Positions 1 to 14,584 of a stretch of 64,000 nt of DNA are shown piece after piece. The DNA is from Octopus vulgaris. Taxonomy: Eukaryota. The notes below the pieces were generated by a model. It had not been told where the DNA came from and ran no database searches. It worked only from the letters and a program-made list of their open reading frames with translations. The DNA lies in the NCBI GenBank assembly GCA_951406725.2, contig OX597832.1, positions 68,014,001 to 68,078,000 of the forward strand. Reading direction: 5' to 3'. How positions within the stretch are numbered: position 1 is the stretch's first letter; each line of letters starts with the position of its first letter. A program made the position numbers and the translations under genes.

Positions 1-429
1 TTGAAAATTTAATTTCCTCATGCAGTTGAAGATGTCAGAGTGTGATTGAAGCTAAAGAGCTTCACACTAAATATTAAATACTTCCAGTATTCTCTGTCAT
101 TTTTGATTATTTTGTTATTGTTTCAACCGTTCTGATGATTTTGGCCGCCATGGGTTTTGCAGTAAATCGCTAAATCATCCATAACTTTTGTATTATCCTC
201 TCAAATTACACCAAAATCTCGGACAATAAGAATTAATATTGTATTTATTGTCTGTGAAAATAATAGAATATAAATCTTCTTTGATAAAAACCAATACTTA
301 CTTTTCTGACGAAAACAATGCCGTTCTGAACATTTTGGCCGCAACTGTATAGTTACCACGCTCTCACAACTGTATCACATTGGAATATCGTCAATTTGGC
401 GCATACATAGACTAAGTCTATACAAGGTG

Positions 430-910
430 GCATGAAGGAACAGTTTTTTAACAATGGAAAAGGCAAAGGAAGATGTTGGAGAAGACAGAGGAGTGTGATT
501 CGGGATGGAATCAGCTACAAAGATCGACGCAATAAGCTTTTTGTGAAGGAAAGGTGAACAGGGAATTCCTAGATCGACATCGTCTGTAGATTCGGCATGT
601 ACAGTAACTGTGCTTCATCCATCGGCAGATTTATCACCACCGCCAAGCTATTCTGTGAAATTTAGTTGAATGTAAATTTCACAAACCAAATATTTGGTTT
701 GGGGATGTAGCCATATGATCCTCTCATAAAGTAGGTTATGACACTCCATTATTTGGGGTAAGGATTGTAAGGAAGATATTTTCGTAAAATAGCAAGAATC
801 CAGCAATAAAACAGGTATCGATCAACAACTGAGCAACGGAGTGTTTGGGATTCGCAGAAGCGAAAACGAAGAAAGTTTTCTCATGAGAATCTGCCCGAAC
901 AATCATGAAG
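430..910 (+). mobile_element. Possible highly degenerate Merlin/ISXO2-like transposase relic
   Basis: Hand-translated fragments RCWRRQRSVIRDG (~470-510) and GVFGIRRSENEESFLMRICPNN (~838-903) resemble the N-terminal and WVFG regions of ISXO2-like transposases. Many stops and frameshifts; no TIRs identified. Confidence 0.25.
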
Positions 911-1921
911 CGATGAATGCGAGATTTTGATGAATTAAGAAGGAAACAAGAAGGATGAAAATCTCATACGACAGAATTTCTATAAGTCAAGCTACCAGAT
1001 TAGAAAGGTGGATTTTTGGAGGAAGGGAAATAAATAAATAAATAGAATTGGTGAAGCAATTTTAACTTTTAATCTTGTATCAGTTCCTATTAATGTAGAC
1101 AGACCTCAATGCAAGGCCATAATTCATTGGCGAATTGTCTCCAGTCTCCAGTTATTAATTATCTCCCTTACACAAACCAATAGTGTTATTGAATTATAAT
1201 AGCCTTTCAAAATAACATAATTATTTCTTATAATACGTTGCTTTAACTTATTCACATAGAATAAACTTGTGTGTTAATGTGTGTTAGTGTCTGTCAGTCT
1301 GTATACACGTGTGTATGTATATGTATGTATATGTGTAGGTGGGATCAGCATAATTTATCTGAGAAAACTGCTCTGTAAAATAAAAGTATAACGATTCTAT
1401 GATTCTCTCGTTACTCTTTCAACAAATACGAAGAAGTTTATGGTTTGCTGAGACAGTCTAGAAATATTTAAGCATGTCTGGATTTGTAACCTTTAAGTTT
1501 TATATAGAGCGAAGCATATACCAGAATATCTTTAATAACTTTAAATGCTTCAAAGCTACACTACTGTTAAATAAGAATGTAAACACATTTTTCCTATACT
1601 TTTGATGCGTGGTTGATTCTTCGAATAATACCCGTCAAATATACAAATATGTATATTACGCTATCTTTTAATGCTATGTATAATACCTGATGTGTGCTAT
1701 TAAATAAATAACGGAAACAGGTACATCTCTTAAAGTAGTCAACATTGAAACAGTCTATCAAGGGATTCCTTTACTTTTTTACCTCATGTTAATATGATAC
1801 AATTATCTTTACTTTCTTATTTCAACAACATTGAGGTTTTATAGAATTTAATCCTTCTCTACAATATTTAAACAAGGAGGTTTTCAGTGTAAATAATCTG
1901 TTACGATGTATGTGAGACTTG

Positions 1922-1960
<39 letters not shown>

Positions 1961-2189
1961 ATTTTTATATTCAGTTTGGAGAACAAGATAGGTTTTTTAC
2001 ATGCAACAGAGTAACGCCCGATAATGACATCCAAGAACCACGTAGTAGTGTTAAACCGAATGAATAATTTTTATCACACGAGTAATTCTCGGAGGGAATT
2101 TGAACTGATAATGCATGCAGCCAAACTAATACCGTAAATGGTCTTGTCAGACGCCCAGACAGTATTGTTCAATCATTGCTCGAAACATA

Positions 2190-2601
2190 GGCGCAGGAGT
2201 GTCTGTGTGGTAAGTAGCTTGCTAAACAACCACATGGTTCCGGGTTCAGTCCCACTGCGTGGCATCTTGGGCAAGTGTCTTCTGCTATAGCCCCGGGCCG
2301 ACCAATGCCTCGTGAGTGGATTTGGTAGACGGAAACTGAAAGAAGCCTGTCGTATATATGTATATATATATATGTATGTATGTATGTGTGTTTGTGTTTG
2401 TGTGTTTGTCCCCCTAGCATTGCTTGACAACCGATGCTGGTGTGTTTACGTCCCCGTCACTTAGCGGTTCGGCAAAAGAGACTGATAGAATAATTACCGG
2501 GCTTACAAAGAATAAGTCCCGGGGTCGATTTGCTCGACTAAAGGCGTTGCTCCAGCATGGCTGCAGTCAAATGATTGAATCAAGTAAAAGAGTAAAGAGT
2601 A
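2190..2601 (+). mobile_element. tRNA-derived SINE, family A (full length, internal microsatellite)
   Basis: Head GGCGCAGGAGTG..TGTGTGGTAAG with B-box-like GGTTCAGTCCC, CORE-like CTTGGGCAAGT, central (TA/TG)n and tail GTTGCTCCAGCATGGCTGCAGTC..AGTAAAAGAGTAAAGAG. Many similar copies in the window. Confidence 0.85.
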
Positions 2602-4029
2602 ACTGGTCCTTTTAAGCGACCTTTCTTCCAACAATTTTAGGGCTATGAAATTCTCCAGTAGTTTTAAACAGATGTTTATTTCAAATCTGACGATGGACGA
2701 TTTTATTTCCATCCTTTCTAGAAAGGATTAGTGGTGGGCACAAATCGACGGCTTAGAAAAGTTCTTGGACAAAATCTAGGCCTTGGCGAAGATCAACTTG
2801 ATGGTTTGTGTTTGAACCGAAAATATCGAAGACCTATGAATAATTTCTACAAACCCTGATTGACGGCGCTATGAATGGCTATTGTAGGTTCGAGTTCGAG
2901 ATGAACTCCCGGATACGGATGTACAGCGCAGAACAATGAAACTTTTCTGAGTGAAGAGAGCAATGCTTGAATGCAAGATAGACCAGGCTATCAGCATAGC
3001 TCATTGTGAAGATGGTCCCACATCATTATTTTGACCTGGAGGGGTAAGCAGTTTACAATACTTCCTGGGAAATGACAGCCAACGTCGAAATTTCTATTTT
3101 TTAATCCAATAAATGCGAAATCAAATTCCATTCTTTTGATGTTAAATAATTATTTTCTGAAAAATATTGACATATCTCAACTGAAAATAGTTTCAAACAT
3201 GACCTACCTCAACGAAATATTGGTAAGAAAATAAAACTGTTTCCTGCAGTTAGGGTAATGAAACTTAAGTGACTTCCGCAGTAAAAGGGTTAAGATTTAA
3301 TACCCCTCCAAATGCCGATTCTCAGACTAAGTTTAAATATTGTCATGTAAGTAACACATCATATTGTTCAGATCATATATTTACCAGATGGGTGTATATA
3401 GAAGATTTTCTTTTTTACAGTATTAGTCGGCGACACCGATGCAGCATTCACGTTTTAAATTTAATAATCACTTTTAAAGAATGGACACTTTCAAACAGGA
3501 ATAACTTGCTAACAGAATTAACAAGTGCCATCGGATATAAACACTGCACTTTAAAGTGTTTCATAGCTACATAAAATAAAAGTTTTATACATTAGTCGTT
3601 AGATGTCTTCTAGCTACTGTCTTTGGTATCCTATTTTTTCTTTCTGTTTTTCAGAGGTTTGCTGCTAAGTGGATATATATATTTATTATATTTTTCTTTT
3701 TAACACACGATTACTTACCACTCGATAAATCTGACCACGATATTTTATACTAAATATAAAGCATTATACACGAATAAATATTGTGTATCGTCTGCCTCTA
3801 ATTTTAGGTCGAATAAAGTCAGATAATATCAATGATGTCCACAAGTTCACAAATGATAATGGTAGCTATCATTTTTGCTTGTTCCCTTTCCTTTGCAATT
3901 TCCTTTACCTCTTCTAACTTCTCCTCCTCTGCTTCCACTTCGAGGAAGAGAGAGAGAGGGAAAAGGGAGAGAGGGTAGAGAGAGAGAGAACAATGCACTT
4001 TTTAAATTGTGCGGTCATGCGCATGCATA

Positions 4030-4248
4030 TATTTCTTGATTGTCCACTGGGGTCTAAACATAGAGGGGACAAACAAGGACAGATTCGATGACATCGACCC
4101 CAATGCGTAACTGGTACGCATTTAATCGACCCCGAAAGGATAAAAGGCAAAGTCGACCTGGGGGGAATTTGAACTCAGAACATAAGGGCAGTCGAGGTAC
4201 CGCTAAACATTTCGCCCAGAGTGCTATCGATTCTGCCAGCTCACCGCC
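4030..4248 (-). mobile_element. tRNA-derived SINE, family B
   Basis: Reverse strand reads GGCGGTGAGCTGGCAGAATCG..GTTCAAATTCC..GGTCGACTTTGCCTTT..GGGGTCGATT; matches copies at 57955-58620. Confidence 0.8.
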
Positions 4249-5578
4249 ATATATTGTAACGTCTCACAAGGTTTTCAAGATGAAATTATTTTCGTTCAAT
4301 TGCAGAATTTGATGGAATAATTTCATGATAAAGTCTAAAATGATACCCACTTAATTGTAGCCATCTTTGTAGTCAGTATGATATTTGAGCAGTGCAAACA
4401 CCAAGAAAGACAAAGTTTGCGCACAAACAAATATTTGTGCAGACCTTCAACAAACATTTCAGGGAGACATTGCTTCCAAGCTCAATAAGATACAATACTA
4501 CTCCAAAGCGGTGTACTGCTGAAGCTATTCGTAACTTTTTGAAGACAAGACTTCTTTAAGAATTCTTATTAGAATCCTGAGATTCTCTCACTGAAGCAGT
4601 TGTAAATTTCATTCATTGGTCTTACAATAGAATACAGGCAGTTTGTCGCTTCCTTCAAACGTTCCATGTTTCCCAAGATGGGGTGGGGGATGGTCAAATA
4701 GCTCCAGTTGTTAAGAAATGTGCTAACGAAATCCTTAAAACTTTGGACTTTTTCCGGCTTTTCATATTGTTACTTCTCAGTAAGTTATGGTAAATTTATC
4801 CGTATTATCCAACAAAATAATCTCATGCTTTGTAAAATACAGTAGATACAAAGAAAGCTAGAATCTGCATTTGTGCTCTCACACGAATATTCCATGATAA
4901 GCACAGCACGAAGCGTTCATTAATAAAATCATGAATAAAACCGTCGAACTGATGGCTGGAAAAGCAAAGAAGTAGTATTTCTTCAGCTGAATATTCTGAA
5001 GAATCTTACGATAAATTTAAACATTTTACTTTCCAAAAATAAACAAAGCCGTATCAACTCAATTGTAAAAAAATATTATTCTCTCAAAGAAAATCATAAA
5101 CAAAACTGTCAAAAGAATATACAAAGAAGTGCAAAGAACATAATTTTCGAGGGAAATATTCAAAAGAATCAAATTATGCTTTTTTGGTTTATTAATTTGA
5201 TCTTTATAGATGAAACAAATGTTAACATTTGCATTTATATCTAGAGCTAGATGTAAAGGTTAGTAGTAAAACATTTTTTATATACATGTAAATATTCAAC
5301 ACGCTTCAAAACCTAATAATATGGTTAATAGACATAACAATATACTATAATACAAGTTACCTCATATTAGAGACACAAAAAGTTTCTACAAGTAATTTTC
5401 TTTCCTTTTCTTTTTACTTTATTATTATGGAGCGAATAGCAAAATGCATAAACAAATGGAATGGGAATAAAATCAAGGAACACAAGATTTACAATACATA
5501 GTTTAAAATACCTTTGTTGTTATCGTTGATTGTTTCGTTGGGTAGCATTGTGGGACTATTCTCTCTCTCTCTCTCTCA

Positions 5579-5643
<65 letters not shown>

Positions 5644-5685
5644 TATATAGCTGTGAGTGTGTGTACGTGTGTGTGTTTAGAGGAG

Positions 5686-5739
<54 letters not shown>

Positions 5740-5741
5740 AC

Positions 5742-5776
<35 letters not shown>

Positions 5777-5849
5777 TGCATCCGAAGAGCGACGTGTAAA
5801 TGAGAATGCTTAATTATAAGTTTATTGTTCAAGTAGTGAGAGGGTTCCG

Positions 5850-6500
5850 GAACTCTCTCTCTACTCGACTTACTTCCAACTTAAGATACAAATTCTACAG
5901 AAAAGTTGCTAACAGAAAACGTTTTGTCAACTAACAATCAGCCTTACCCACCAGACCCAAAGCCGCACACATGAGAAATGAGATTGCATGTATAAACAAC
6001 AATTGCAGCAGTGTCACCGACAAAGCTGACAACACCACACAGTTCCTAAGAGACCTAACCCAGAATGGCTACCCACCATCTTTAGCTAAACAACGGCGCC
6101 TGAAGAACATCAGGGTAAAAAAAAACCCGGAAGTACCATCATCCTCCCACGTCCGATACGAGCTTCCTAAAGCTACCACACTTTAGCGACAGAACTACTG
6201 TAGCGATACAACACAGCCCTTCCCTGAGAAAAGCTCCATCCAAGAACAACAAACCTCACTACTCTGAGGAGTGCACATCGTCGAACTGCCCCATCAATGA
6301 CCCTGAATTGCGCGAGAGGACCAATGTCATATATGAGATCATCTGTGGCAAACGTGGCGCATCTTACATTGGAAGCACGACCGGGAATTCACAGTGCACA
6401 TCAACGCAACACAGTGGAATAGGGGCAACCTTAGAATCCCTGAGGCTATCTTCATACACCAAAAAAACCCTAAGATCAACAATAGAAGATAGTTGTATAT
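5850..6500 (+). mobile_element. Degenerate Penelope-like element (RT thumb + GIY-YIG remnant)
   Basis: Fragments KFYRK..., LTQNGYPP and CPINDP..TNVIYEIICGKRGASYIGST (GIY-YIG pattern), broken by stops and frameshifts. Confidence 0.7.
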
Positions 6501-7128
6501 ATGTTTTTTTTGCTTAGAAGCAAGATGCAATGCTAAATAATTTTCGACTTTAGCCAAATACAACGATTAATTCCTTGATAGAGTACCCACTTAAATGGAG
6601 TGATGATACACAAGGTGATTTGATGGCATAAAATCATTATAAATAGTAGTAATGGGGAGATGCATTTCTTCTTATATGTTACGTGGAATTGAAACGTACG
6701 TATTAATTGCTTCCAGAATATCATTATATATTTTGATTTCATTATTACAATATATATTAGAATATATATATATATACATACATCTAAGTTCTCATTGTGA
6801 TAGAGTTCCCGTTCAACACTCTTCGGTCGAATAGTCATTTCCAGCTCGGTATTTACTTCGCAAATTCACAATTCTACGCTTAGCCAATCGCAGTGAAATG
6901 CTCAAGCAACAATCACGTGGTGTTTTACGTAAGGATTAATATTCTGTTTAATGTGCGAGTAAATTTAACAATGCTGTTGCTATCGCACGGTAAAAATTTT
7001 CTTTTGGAATACATTATCGTTCAAATATTATTATGCATTGCACTTAGAGTGATCAAAAACGGAGCTACGTTGGATTTTGTTCTTCTTGCATTGGTTAATA
7101 TACGCACGCGCTTACACACACATGCAGC

Positions 7129-7164
<36 letters not shown>

Positions 7165-8062
7165 TGTATGTATGTATGTATAGTTATAGAATAGTTCATC
7201 ACTGTTACCCAACGAAACAATCAACGAAAACGAGATATATGTATAAAGATAGATAAATTGTGAGATGGAGGGATGGGTAGACAGACCTTTTAAATGACAC
7301 GGAATATATAAACACACAAAGATCATTCGCATACGAGTGATATATATATATATATATATATATAAAGTGGATATCTATGCGGGAATGTATGTATGCATTT
7401 ACGTGTTCATGAATCTGCGTGCGTTTGATATTCATGTGTATCTAAATGAATCCTGTAAATTAAAGTTTTCCGAGTGGCTTTCTTCTTATCTTTCTCCTCA
7501 CTTCCTCACTTATCTAATTTTAACATGGAGCGTATCTTCAACTCCACCACCTCCCAGGCTCATTGTCTAATTCATCGCCTCCGCATATACGAAATTACTC
7601 TCACTAATCCACTGTTACTACTACAGCTACTACTATATATCATTCAACTTTATATCTCTCTATATATATCTAGTGTTCACAAGGCATAGTCGCTGGCGCG
7701 CACACAGGCGCCCTGACACGCGCATGCGTGCGAACACACATATATAGATTTACACGTGCACTCGTAGAAACACGTAGGTACACACGCGCACACATATGTG
7801 TGTGGGTGCGTTGTGTGTATATGTTACAGTATCTTTCGATGGATTTCTGGCTCCCATAAAAAGTGTTATTAACAACAAGGAACGGTTTAGGTTCTTTTTT
7901 TCTTTTTAGTTCGGCTTCACTAAATACTGATTCTAGTCTCCGTGAAATATTGTGTTTCTCCAAGAAGGAACTTGAATTGTATTATAGGGTTCAGGCGTTC
8001 TTTACTGATTTTTCCCTGTCGTTACTAACACACACACATACACACATATATGTATGTTTATT

Positions 8063-8096
<34 letters not shown>

Positions 8097-8146
8097 TATA
8101 CACGCACGTGTATGTCCATGATATTCATATGTAAATGCACACTCAA

Positions 8147-8188
<42 letters not shown>

Positions 8189-9609
8189 AACACTTGTAAT
8201 GAATGCTTTGTAGGTGTTCTCTTCTTTTTCACATTAACTACGATCTATTCAGCATTGAAGAATTGTAATAATTTTGAATTCAAAATTATCGACTTGAAGA
8301 AGCAGGTAAGTAATTATAGAAAAGTAAACCAGTACGATGTTAACGATGTATTTTTCACACCTTGAAACCCAGTGCTTTGATTCTAATCAATCTCTAACAC
8401 TTGGATACCTTAATCACTGAACATGGTATCTTAATGGTTAGTTGAAGGTGATAGCTAATATAATCAGTTGACAAAAGTCAAAGTTGTTTGAAGTAATAAA
8501 TGTTTGGTTCATGGTGTGTTCATATGTTGCTGCTAGTAATGGAATTGCCTGTATACCTCTTAGTGAGAGAAACAAATTCAGCGTCTTTAATGTTCTTCTC
8601 CATAAGTGCCTTCGAGAGAAAGTTATCCACAAACCGGAAACTGGGCATGAATGCATACATCAGAGTGGAACGTGGCATCGAAGTGCCAACCAAAAGTAAA
8701 AAGGTTCGACAATGGATTACGTCCTAGAACACCAAGAAGCGGAAGAAGACATTTCGTTCAATGCTTTATCAATTCCATCCACTCATCGCCGGAAGTGATA
8801 TGCTGTTTTACCGAGAATGACGAGATGGTAGTGGTGGTGGTGAGCGGTGAATTTCATGTCCATCGAATTAAATATCAGAATGTATGGAAAAAGTAGGGCA
8901 ATTTCATTTGTCTCTTATTTTGGTCTCTTATTTTGAGAAAACATCTTAGGCACGTGTCTGTAGCCTCACATTGTATAGGATGTTCTTATTGACCCTTATT
9001 ACCATCTTTATGAAAAGAAATACCAAATGGATACTGTACACCTAGATTCCTTTTCTGAAATATAAGATTGGATGTTGTGGTTGTCCTGCTATATTTCATG
9101 GAATCTGATAGAATAACAGCAGTAATAAATGTAGTGTAAACAGTGGTAAGGCACTTAATGTTAGCATCTCTTTCAAGCACTCCAAACATGAGAAACCGCA
9201 AACAAAACCATATTTTCCGTTGGGCCGCAACCATTTCTTTATCTTAGGTCAGTGTGTTCCCGTCAGATAGCACCATTGCAATATGTACCGTTGGAAGTAT
9301 CTGATCATCCGACTTTCAGACGTTTTTCTCTCCTACATAGTGTCAGCTCTATTTCAGCGACGTACATTCCCCTCTCTAGCTATGGCCACCCTAAATGATA
9401 TTGATGGCACATCTCCATGCACCCGACATATATCACACAAAATCTGCACTGACACTTTCGGAACATTCTTGAGCGAAGGGATGTTAGTTCTCTATACTAC
9501 AATAGTTCAAATACCCAAGCAGTTTATATACGAAAAATAAACTAACATCAAAACCTTGCCGCCTATACTGTAATATTCTGATGACCATCTACCCTCAAAA
9601 CATGACGGA

Positions 9610-9760
9610 ATCTTTGTTTGTCCCCCGGCGTAGCTTGACAACCAGTGTTGGTGTGCTTGCATCCTCAGGCCTAAAGATAAGTTCCAACGTTTATTTGTTC
9701 GGCTAAAGCCCTTGAAGGCGTTTTCCCAGTATTGCTACAGTCCAATGACTGCAACAAGCA
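9610..9760 (+). mobile_element. SINE family A, 3' half (degenerate)
   Basis: TGTTTGTCCCCC..GCTTGACAACC..GGTGTG..CAGTCCAATGACTG, similar to 2400-2600. Confidence 0.6.
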
Positions 9761-10076
9761 AAGGAGAAAAACTTGACTATACACTCATATATTTGTAGGT
9801 ATGTGTGTATGCGTGTACGTGCGTAAGAGAAAGAAAGAAAGAGGGAGAGAGAAAGGCATTTTGAAATGCATCTTTCGTAAGAATGTTGCATCTGTGTTAG
9901 GTCAGACCGAATAGATGATGTCGAAAACAACTGGTTGTCTCCAGAGTAGAGCCGCCAATACAATGCAGAAATGCCATACACATAGAGTGCTGAAGACACA
10001 AACAAACAGTAATACAAAAAACAAAAAACAAAAAAGATGACAGCTGATTTATTTAATACAAAGGAAGCTGACACAC

Positions 10077-10125
<49 letters not shown>

Positions 10126-10175
10126 ATGCACACACACATGTATATATATGCATATATATGTGTATATAAATATAT

Positions 10176-10297
10176 ATTTCTCTTGAATGAAACAGTTCTA
10201 GTCCTGTAGAAGCTCCTTCTATATAATAAATTAATTTTACTCTGCTATGTATTGAGTACCTTATTTACTGTGGTTAACCCCGAATCAACCCGGGACC

Positions 10298-10299
<2 letters not shown>
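10176..10299 (+). mobile_element. 5'-truncated PLE-type terminal fragment with partial hammerhead
   Basis: Near-identical to the reverse complement of 47671-47790. Retains GAAA-CAG(ttctagtc)CTG-TA-GAAGC but lacks CTGATGA; flanked by (TA)n. Confidence 0.7.
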
Positions 10300-10339
<40 letters not shown>

Positions 10340-10421
10340 CATACACATATATATATGTATATATGTACACATGTACGTATATATATATACACACACACAT
10401 ACACCCACACACATATATATG

Positions 10422-10476
<55 letters not shown>

Positions 10477-10479
10477 ACA

Positions 10480-10513
<34 letters not shown>

Positions 10514-11004
10514 CATACATACATATATATATGTATATATGTGAGCATCCACATATACACAGCTACTGCCATACACACACACATGCAAATCATGTATATA
10601 TGTCTATGCTTCTGTGTATGTCTGTATCTATGTATATGTGTGTGTTTGTTGGACGACTGCATTACAGTGAAAGATTGCTTTCAACAATTCATCACCCAAA
10701 AACATTTGTGCGTGATATTCACAAAATGCAAAGAAAAAAATGATTAAAAAGAAGAAGCTTTTAATTTTCACGAGGTACTCATAAATCTGACACATATGTT
10801 CCAACTTTCTCAGCCTGTCAACCATTGTCTCAGATAGTGCATCAGTTCTCTATTCTTGCACTTCACTCTTCTGGCTCGCTCCGTCCACTCCTATGCTGAA
10901 CCATTGACGACATCTGATTTGTGTTCCATTTTCTTTCTTTCTGATATCTCGAGTGTCTTGGTTAAACTAAGTGCAGTCTAGTGTTTATTTTATTGTCTCT
11001 TTTA

Positions 11005-11180
11005 CTAATCTCAGTCTTTGAATTGCGGCCCTGCTGGGGCAATATCTTGAAGGTATTGGTCGAACAAATCGACTCTGCTACCTATTTATGTGTCTGGTAT
11101 TTATTCTAGTGGTGTTTTCGCCGTACAGTTACCGACATAAACAAACGAATACCGATTGTCAAGCGTTGTAGCGGACAAGA
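11005..11180 (-). mobile_element. SINE family A, 3' fragment
   Basis: Reverse strand has TGTCCGCTACAACGCTTGACAATCGG..CCCCAGCAGGGCCGCAATTC. Confidence 0.55.
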
Positions 11181-11208
11181 ACAATGCTATACTCTCTCTC
11201 TCTCTCTC

Positions 11209-11260
<52 letters not shown>

Positions 11261-11277
11261 TCTTTCTCACACACATT

Positions 11278-11460
11278 CTTTTATTCTTGTCCTTGTTTCA
11301 GTCATTTGGCTGCATCCATGCCGGAGCACCGCCTTTAGTGAGCAAATTGGCACCAGGACATTCTTTGTAAGCCTAGTACTTATTCTATCGGTCTTTTTGC
11401 CGAATCACAAACACGCCAGCATCGGTTGTCAAGCGATGTTGGGTGGGGGACACACAAACA

Positions 11461-11519
<59 letters not shown>

Positions 11520-11679
11520 CGGGCTTCTTTCACATTTCGTCTACCTACTCCACCCACAAATATTTGGTCAGCACGAAGCTATAGTAGAAGAAACTTTCCC
11601 AAGGTGCCACGCAGTTGGCCAGAACCTGGAACCATGTGGTTGGTAAGCAAGCTACTTACCACACAGCCACTCCTGTGCC
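11278..11679 (-). mobile_element. SINE family A
   Basis: Reverse complement of the 2190-2601 head (GGCACAGGAGTGGCTGTGTGGTAAGTAGCTTGC) and tail (GGCGGTGCTCCGGCATGGATGCAGCCAAATGACTGAAAC). Confidence 0.85.
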
Positions 11680-13169
11680 TATATATGTATACAAACTGCA
11701 AACAAAACACACACACTACATATACATACACGCACACACACATATTTCAAACTACCAGTACCTTTCTACTGATCATTCTTCTACGCACATGTGTAGGTAG
11801 ACACAAAACAGCCAGCTACTCCTACCAAAATTCTTACTAGAAATTCTTCCTATGACCTGAAATGATACTAAGACCAACCGTATCCACACACACACACGTG
11901 CTATTATTACACGCACACACACACACACGCACACACAGATAGACTAATTGACTGAGTTCAGTTGATCGAATAACACATCAGCGAAATGGTACCTGCTGAC
12001 CTTGAGCAAGGTATTTCAATTCATGTTGCTGCAATGTATATAGCTGTACTGAGTTCCAGTCGGATACTGGTGAATTCCTGCGCGTGGTTATATCTGCACC
12101 TGAACAAATGAGTCAAATCAGGGTGCGTGTTACCAAGCGAGTGCTGACCGGTTTTTCTGCAATGACTAAAAACGGAAGAGTGACACTTATGTATGAATTG
12201 CCTTTCGTTATATGATAAACCTTATTGAAGTCAGCTTAAAGCTAAATAACAAATCTAACATCATTATCCGAATATTTATCCATAAATCTTTATGCAAAAA
12301 TTCCGAACCAATTGCTTTCAGCATTGAAACAACTTCATTTTCGGCTGAATCTGCACAGCAACCTCGACAGTTTGTCTAGTTGCAGAACAATGAATTTTAA
12401 TAAATTAAGTGCGAAAGGAATCGTTGAATGCAACAATTTATAATTGAGTTTATCTTTACTAACAGCGAGTATTTATCGCATATGAAATAAATAACTCTTT
12501 TAATGATCATTGTAAAAAAGTACGTAACCAAACAAAGCACTTAAAGTTGCATTCGTCGCTGCTAACAGCTTTTCAATAAAAGTAAGAAACAAATCTCTGG
12601 TCACAGCGGTGGGTGAATAAGTTTATATTAATTATCGAATACCTTTTATTTGCATGCGTTTTACTTAAACAGTATTTTTAATAGCTAATTTAAGTAAACC
12701 GAATGTTGCCATTTTAAAACAGGATTTGAATGTTAGAAAAAAAAAAGAAGAATAAAATAGAGAAAACAAACAAAAACTGCACCAACATTTGCTTGTTGAA
12801 AATTGACAAGTAAAAGGAAAGACAGAACTAAATAAACTAAATTCATTGAAAGAATTTTAGAAAGAGAATAGAATAAATAGAATTTTGATATTCCATGCGA
12901 CCGACGGCTAACTACGAAAGTTAGTGTTTTTTATGCGACGTTATTTTACATCTTTCGTACAATACACGCAGAGAGATGCACATATGTTCATACACGACAA
13001 GAATAATACTTGGACACACACGCACACACACACACACGCACGGACACGCACACGCACTCAAACACAAATGCTATAATCTATAAATACAACGAGCAGGTAA
13101 TTTGAAAATAAAGGAAACATTTTGATATGAGTATGTGTTCATATATGTATGTATATACGGATGTGTACG

Positions 13170-13243
<74 letters not shown>

Positions 13244-13291
13244 CATGTAAATGTAATTATGTATGTAAGTATGTATATATCTATATATATA

Positions 13292-13341
<50 letters not shown>

Positions 13342-13515
13342 GTATACACACATATATACATATCTTCATTCGTTAAATGAATTCAAAAATTTTTCCTGAA
13401 ATGGCTTTCAATTCAGAATATTACCATATTTTAGTTTCAGATAAAGAACAGAAAAATAAATTAATATGGTATAACATTTTAAAGCATATAAAATGTATAT
13501 TAATACTACTACAAC

Positions 13516-13569
<54 letters not shown>

Positions 13570-14184
13570 CAACATTTAGTTTAATAATAGTAAAACCGAA
13601 AATGGTACTTGTAAAATAATTAAGTGAAGAACTGAAACAGGAACACAAGAGGCTTCAGCACAAAGGGTTCCATTAATTGAATTTTCAAATTTTAAAAGAA
13701 AGAAATAACAACTGACTGAAAAAAACACAGTAAATGTGGATAGAAAGGAAGAAAGAGGGGTTGAGGAATAAAGTGAAACAGTAATAGAGAGAAAGAGCGC
13801 AAATACCTGAAAACATTCACACTCATATACACACACGCATAAATATATGTACACACACAAATGCATACGCATTCATGTGTATATATGTGTTATATATATA
13901 TACGTATGTGTGTATCTGCGTCTGTGTATATGTATCCGTGTTTGTATGTGTTGTACGTGTGAGTTTGTGTGTGCTTGTGTATCCGTGTGTGTGCGTGTAC
14001 AATCCGGAATGCCAGGACAGATGTTAGTTTAAATAATTCATTTAATGAAAGAAATAATGATAATCCGTCTAGTTACACATTCTCTGGTAAAATTCTGTTC
14101 AGCAATATTTAGAGTCAAAGATTCATATTACATATACATGCATTCACGCACACACATACACACACCTTATACTTTATATAAGCA

Positions 14185-14470
14185 AATGGTCATAGGTTCA
14201 GTTCCACCTTAGACTAGTGCGCTGGGCCGCCTAATACTTTGTGATTGGATTGGGAGACGGAAACTGAAAGAAACCCATTGCATGTGTGTGTGTACGTATC
14301 TTTGTGCTTGTCCTCTAACACTGCGTGAAAACCGGTGTTGATTTGCTTATGTCTCCTCGACTTAGCGATTCGGCAAAGGTATTGACATGATATGTACCAG
14401 GATGAAAAAATGAAATACGGAGATCCATTTGTTCGACTGCACCCTTGAAGGAGGTTTCCAATCGTGACGG
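14185..14470 (+). mobile_element. SINE family A, degenerate
   Basis: GGTTCAGTTCCAC..GACGGAAACTGAAAGAAACCC..CTTAGCGATTCGGCAAA. Confidence 0.65.
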
Positions 14471-14584
14471 TAGAAGATATGTGTGTGTGTGTGTGCATAC
14501 ACGTAACAAGTATCTATCTATATATTTATTCATCTATCTGTCTATCATTCTATTTGTCTACTTACCTATTAATATATATATATA

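Noticed and set aside
2620-3293. Possible piggyBac-like relic ending AAAGGGTTAA
   Set aside because: No matching left end or transposase motif found.
8430-9540. Moderately GC-rich, coding-like region
   Set aside because: All frames are interrupted and I recognise no diagnostic motif; possibly an old TE, but it needs a TBLASTX/Dfam search.
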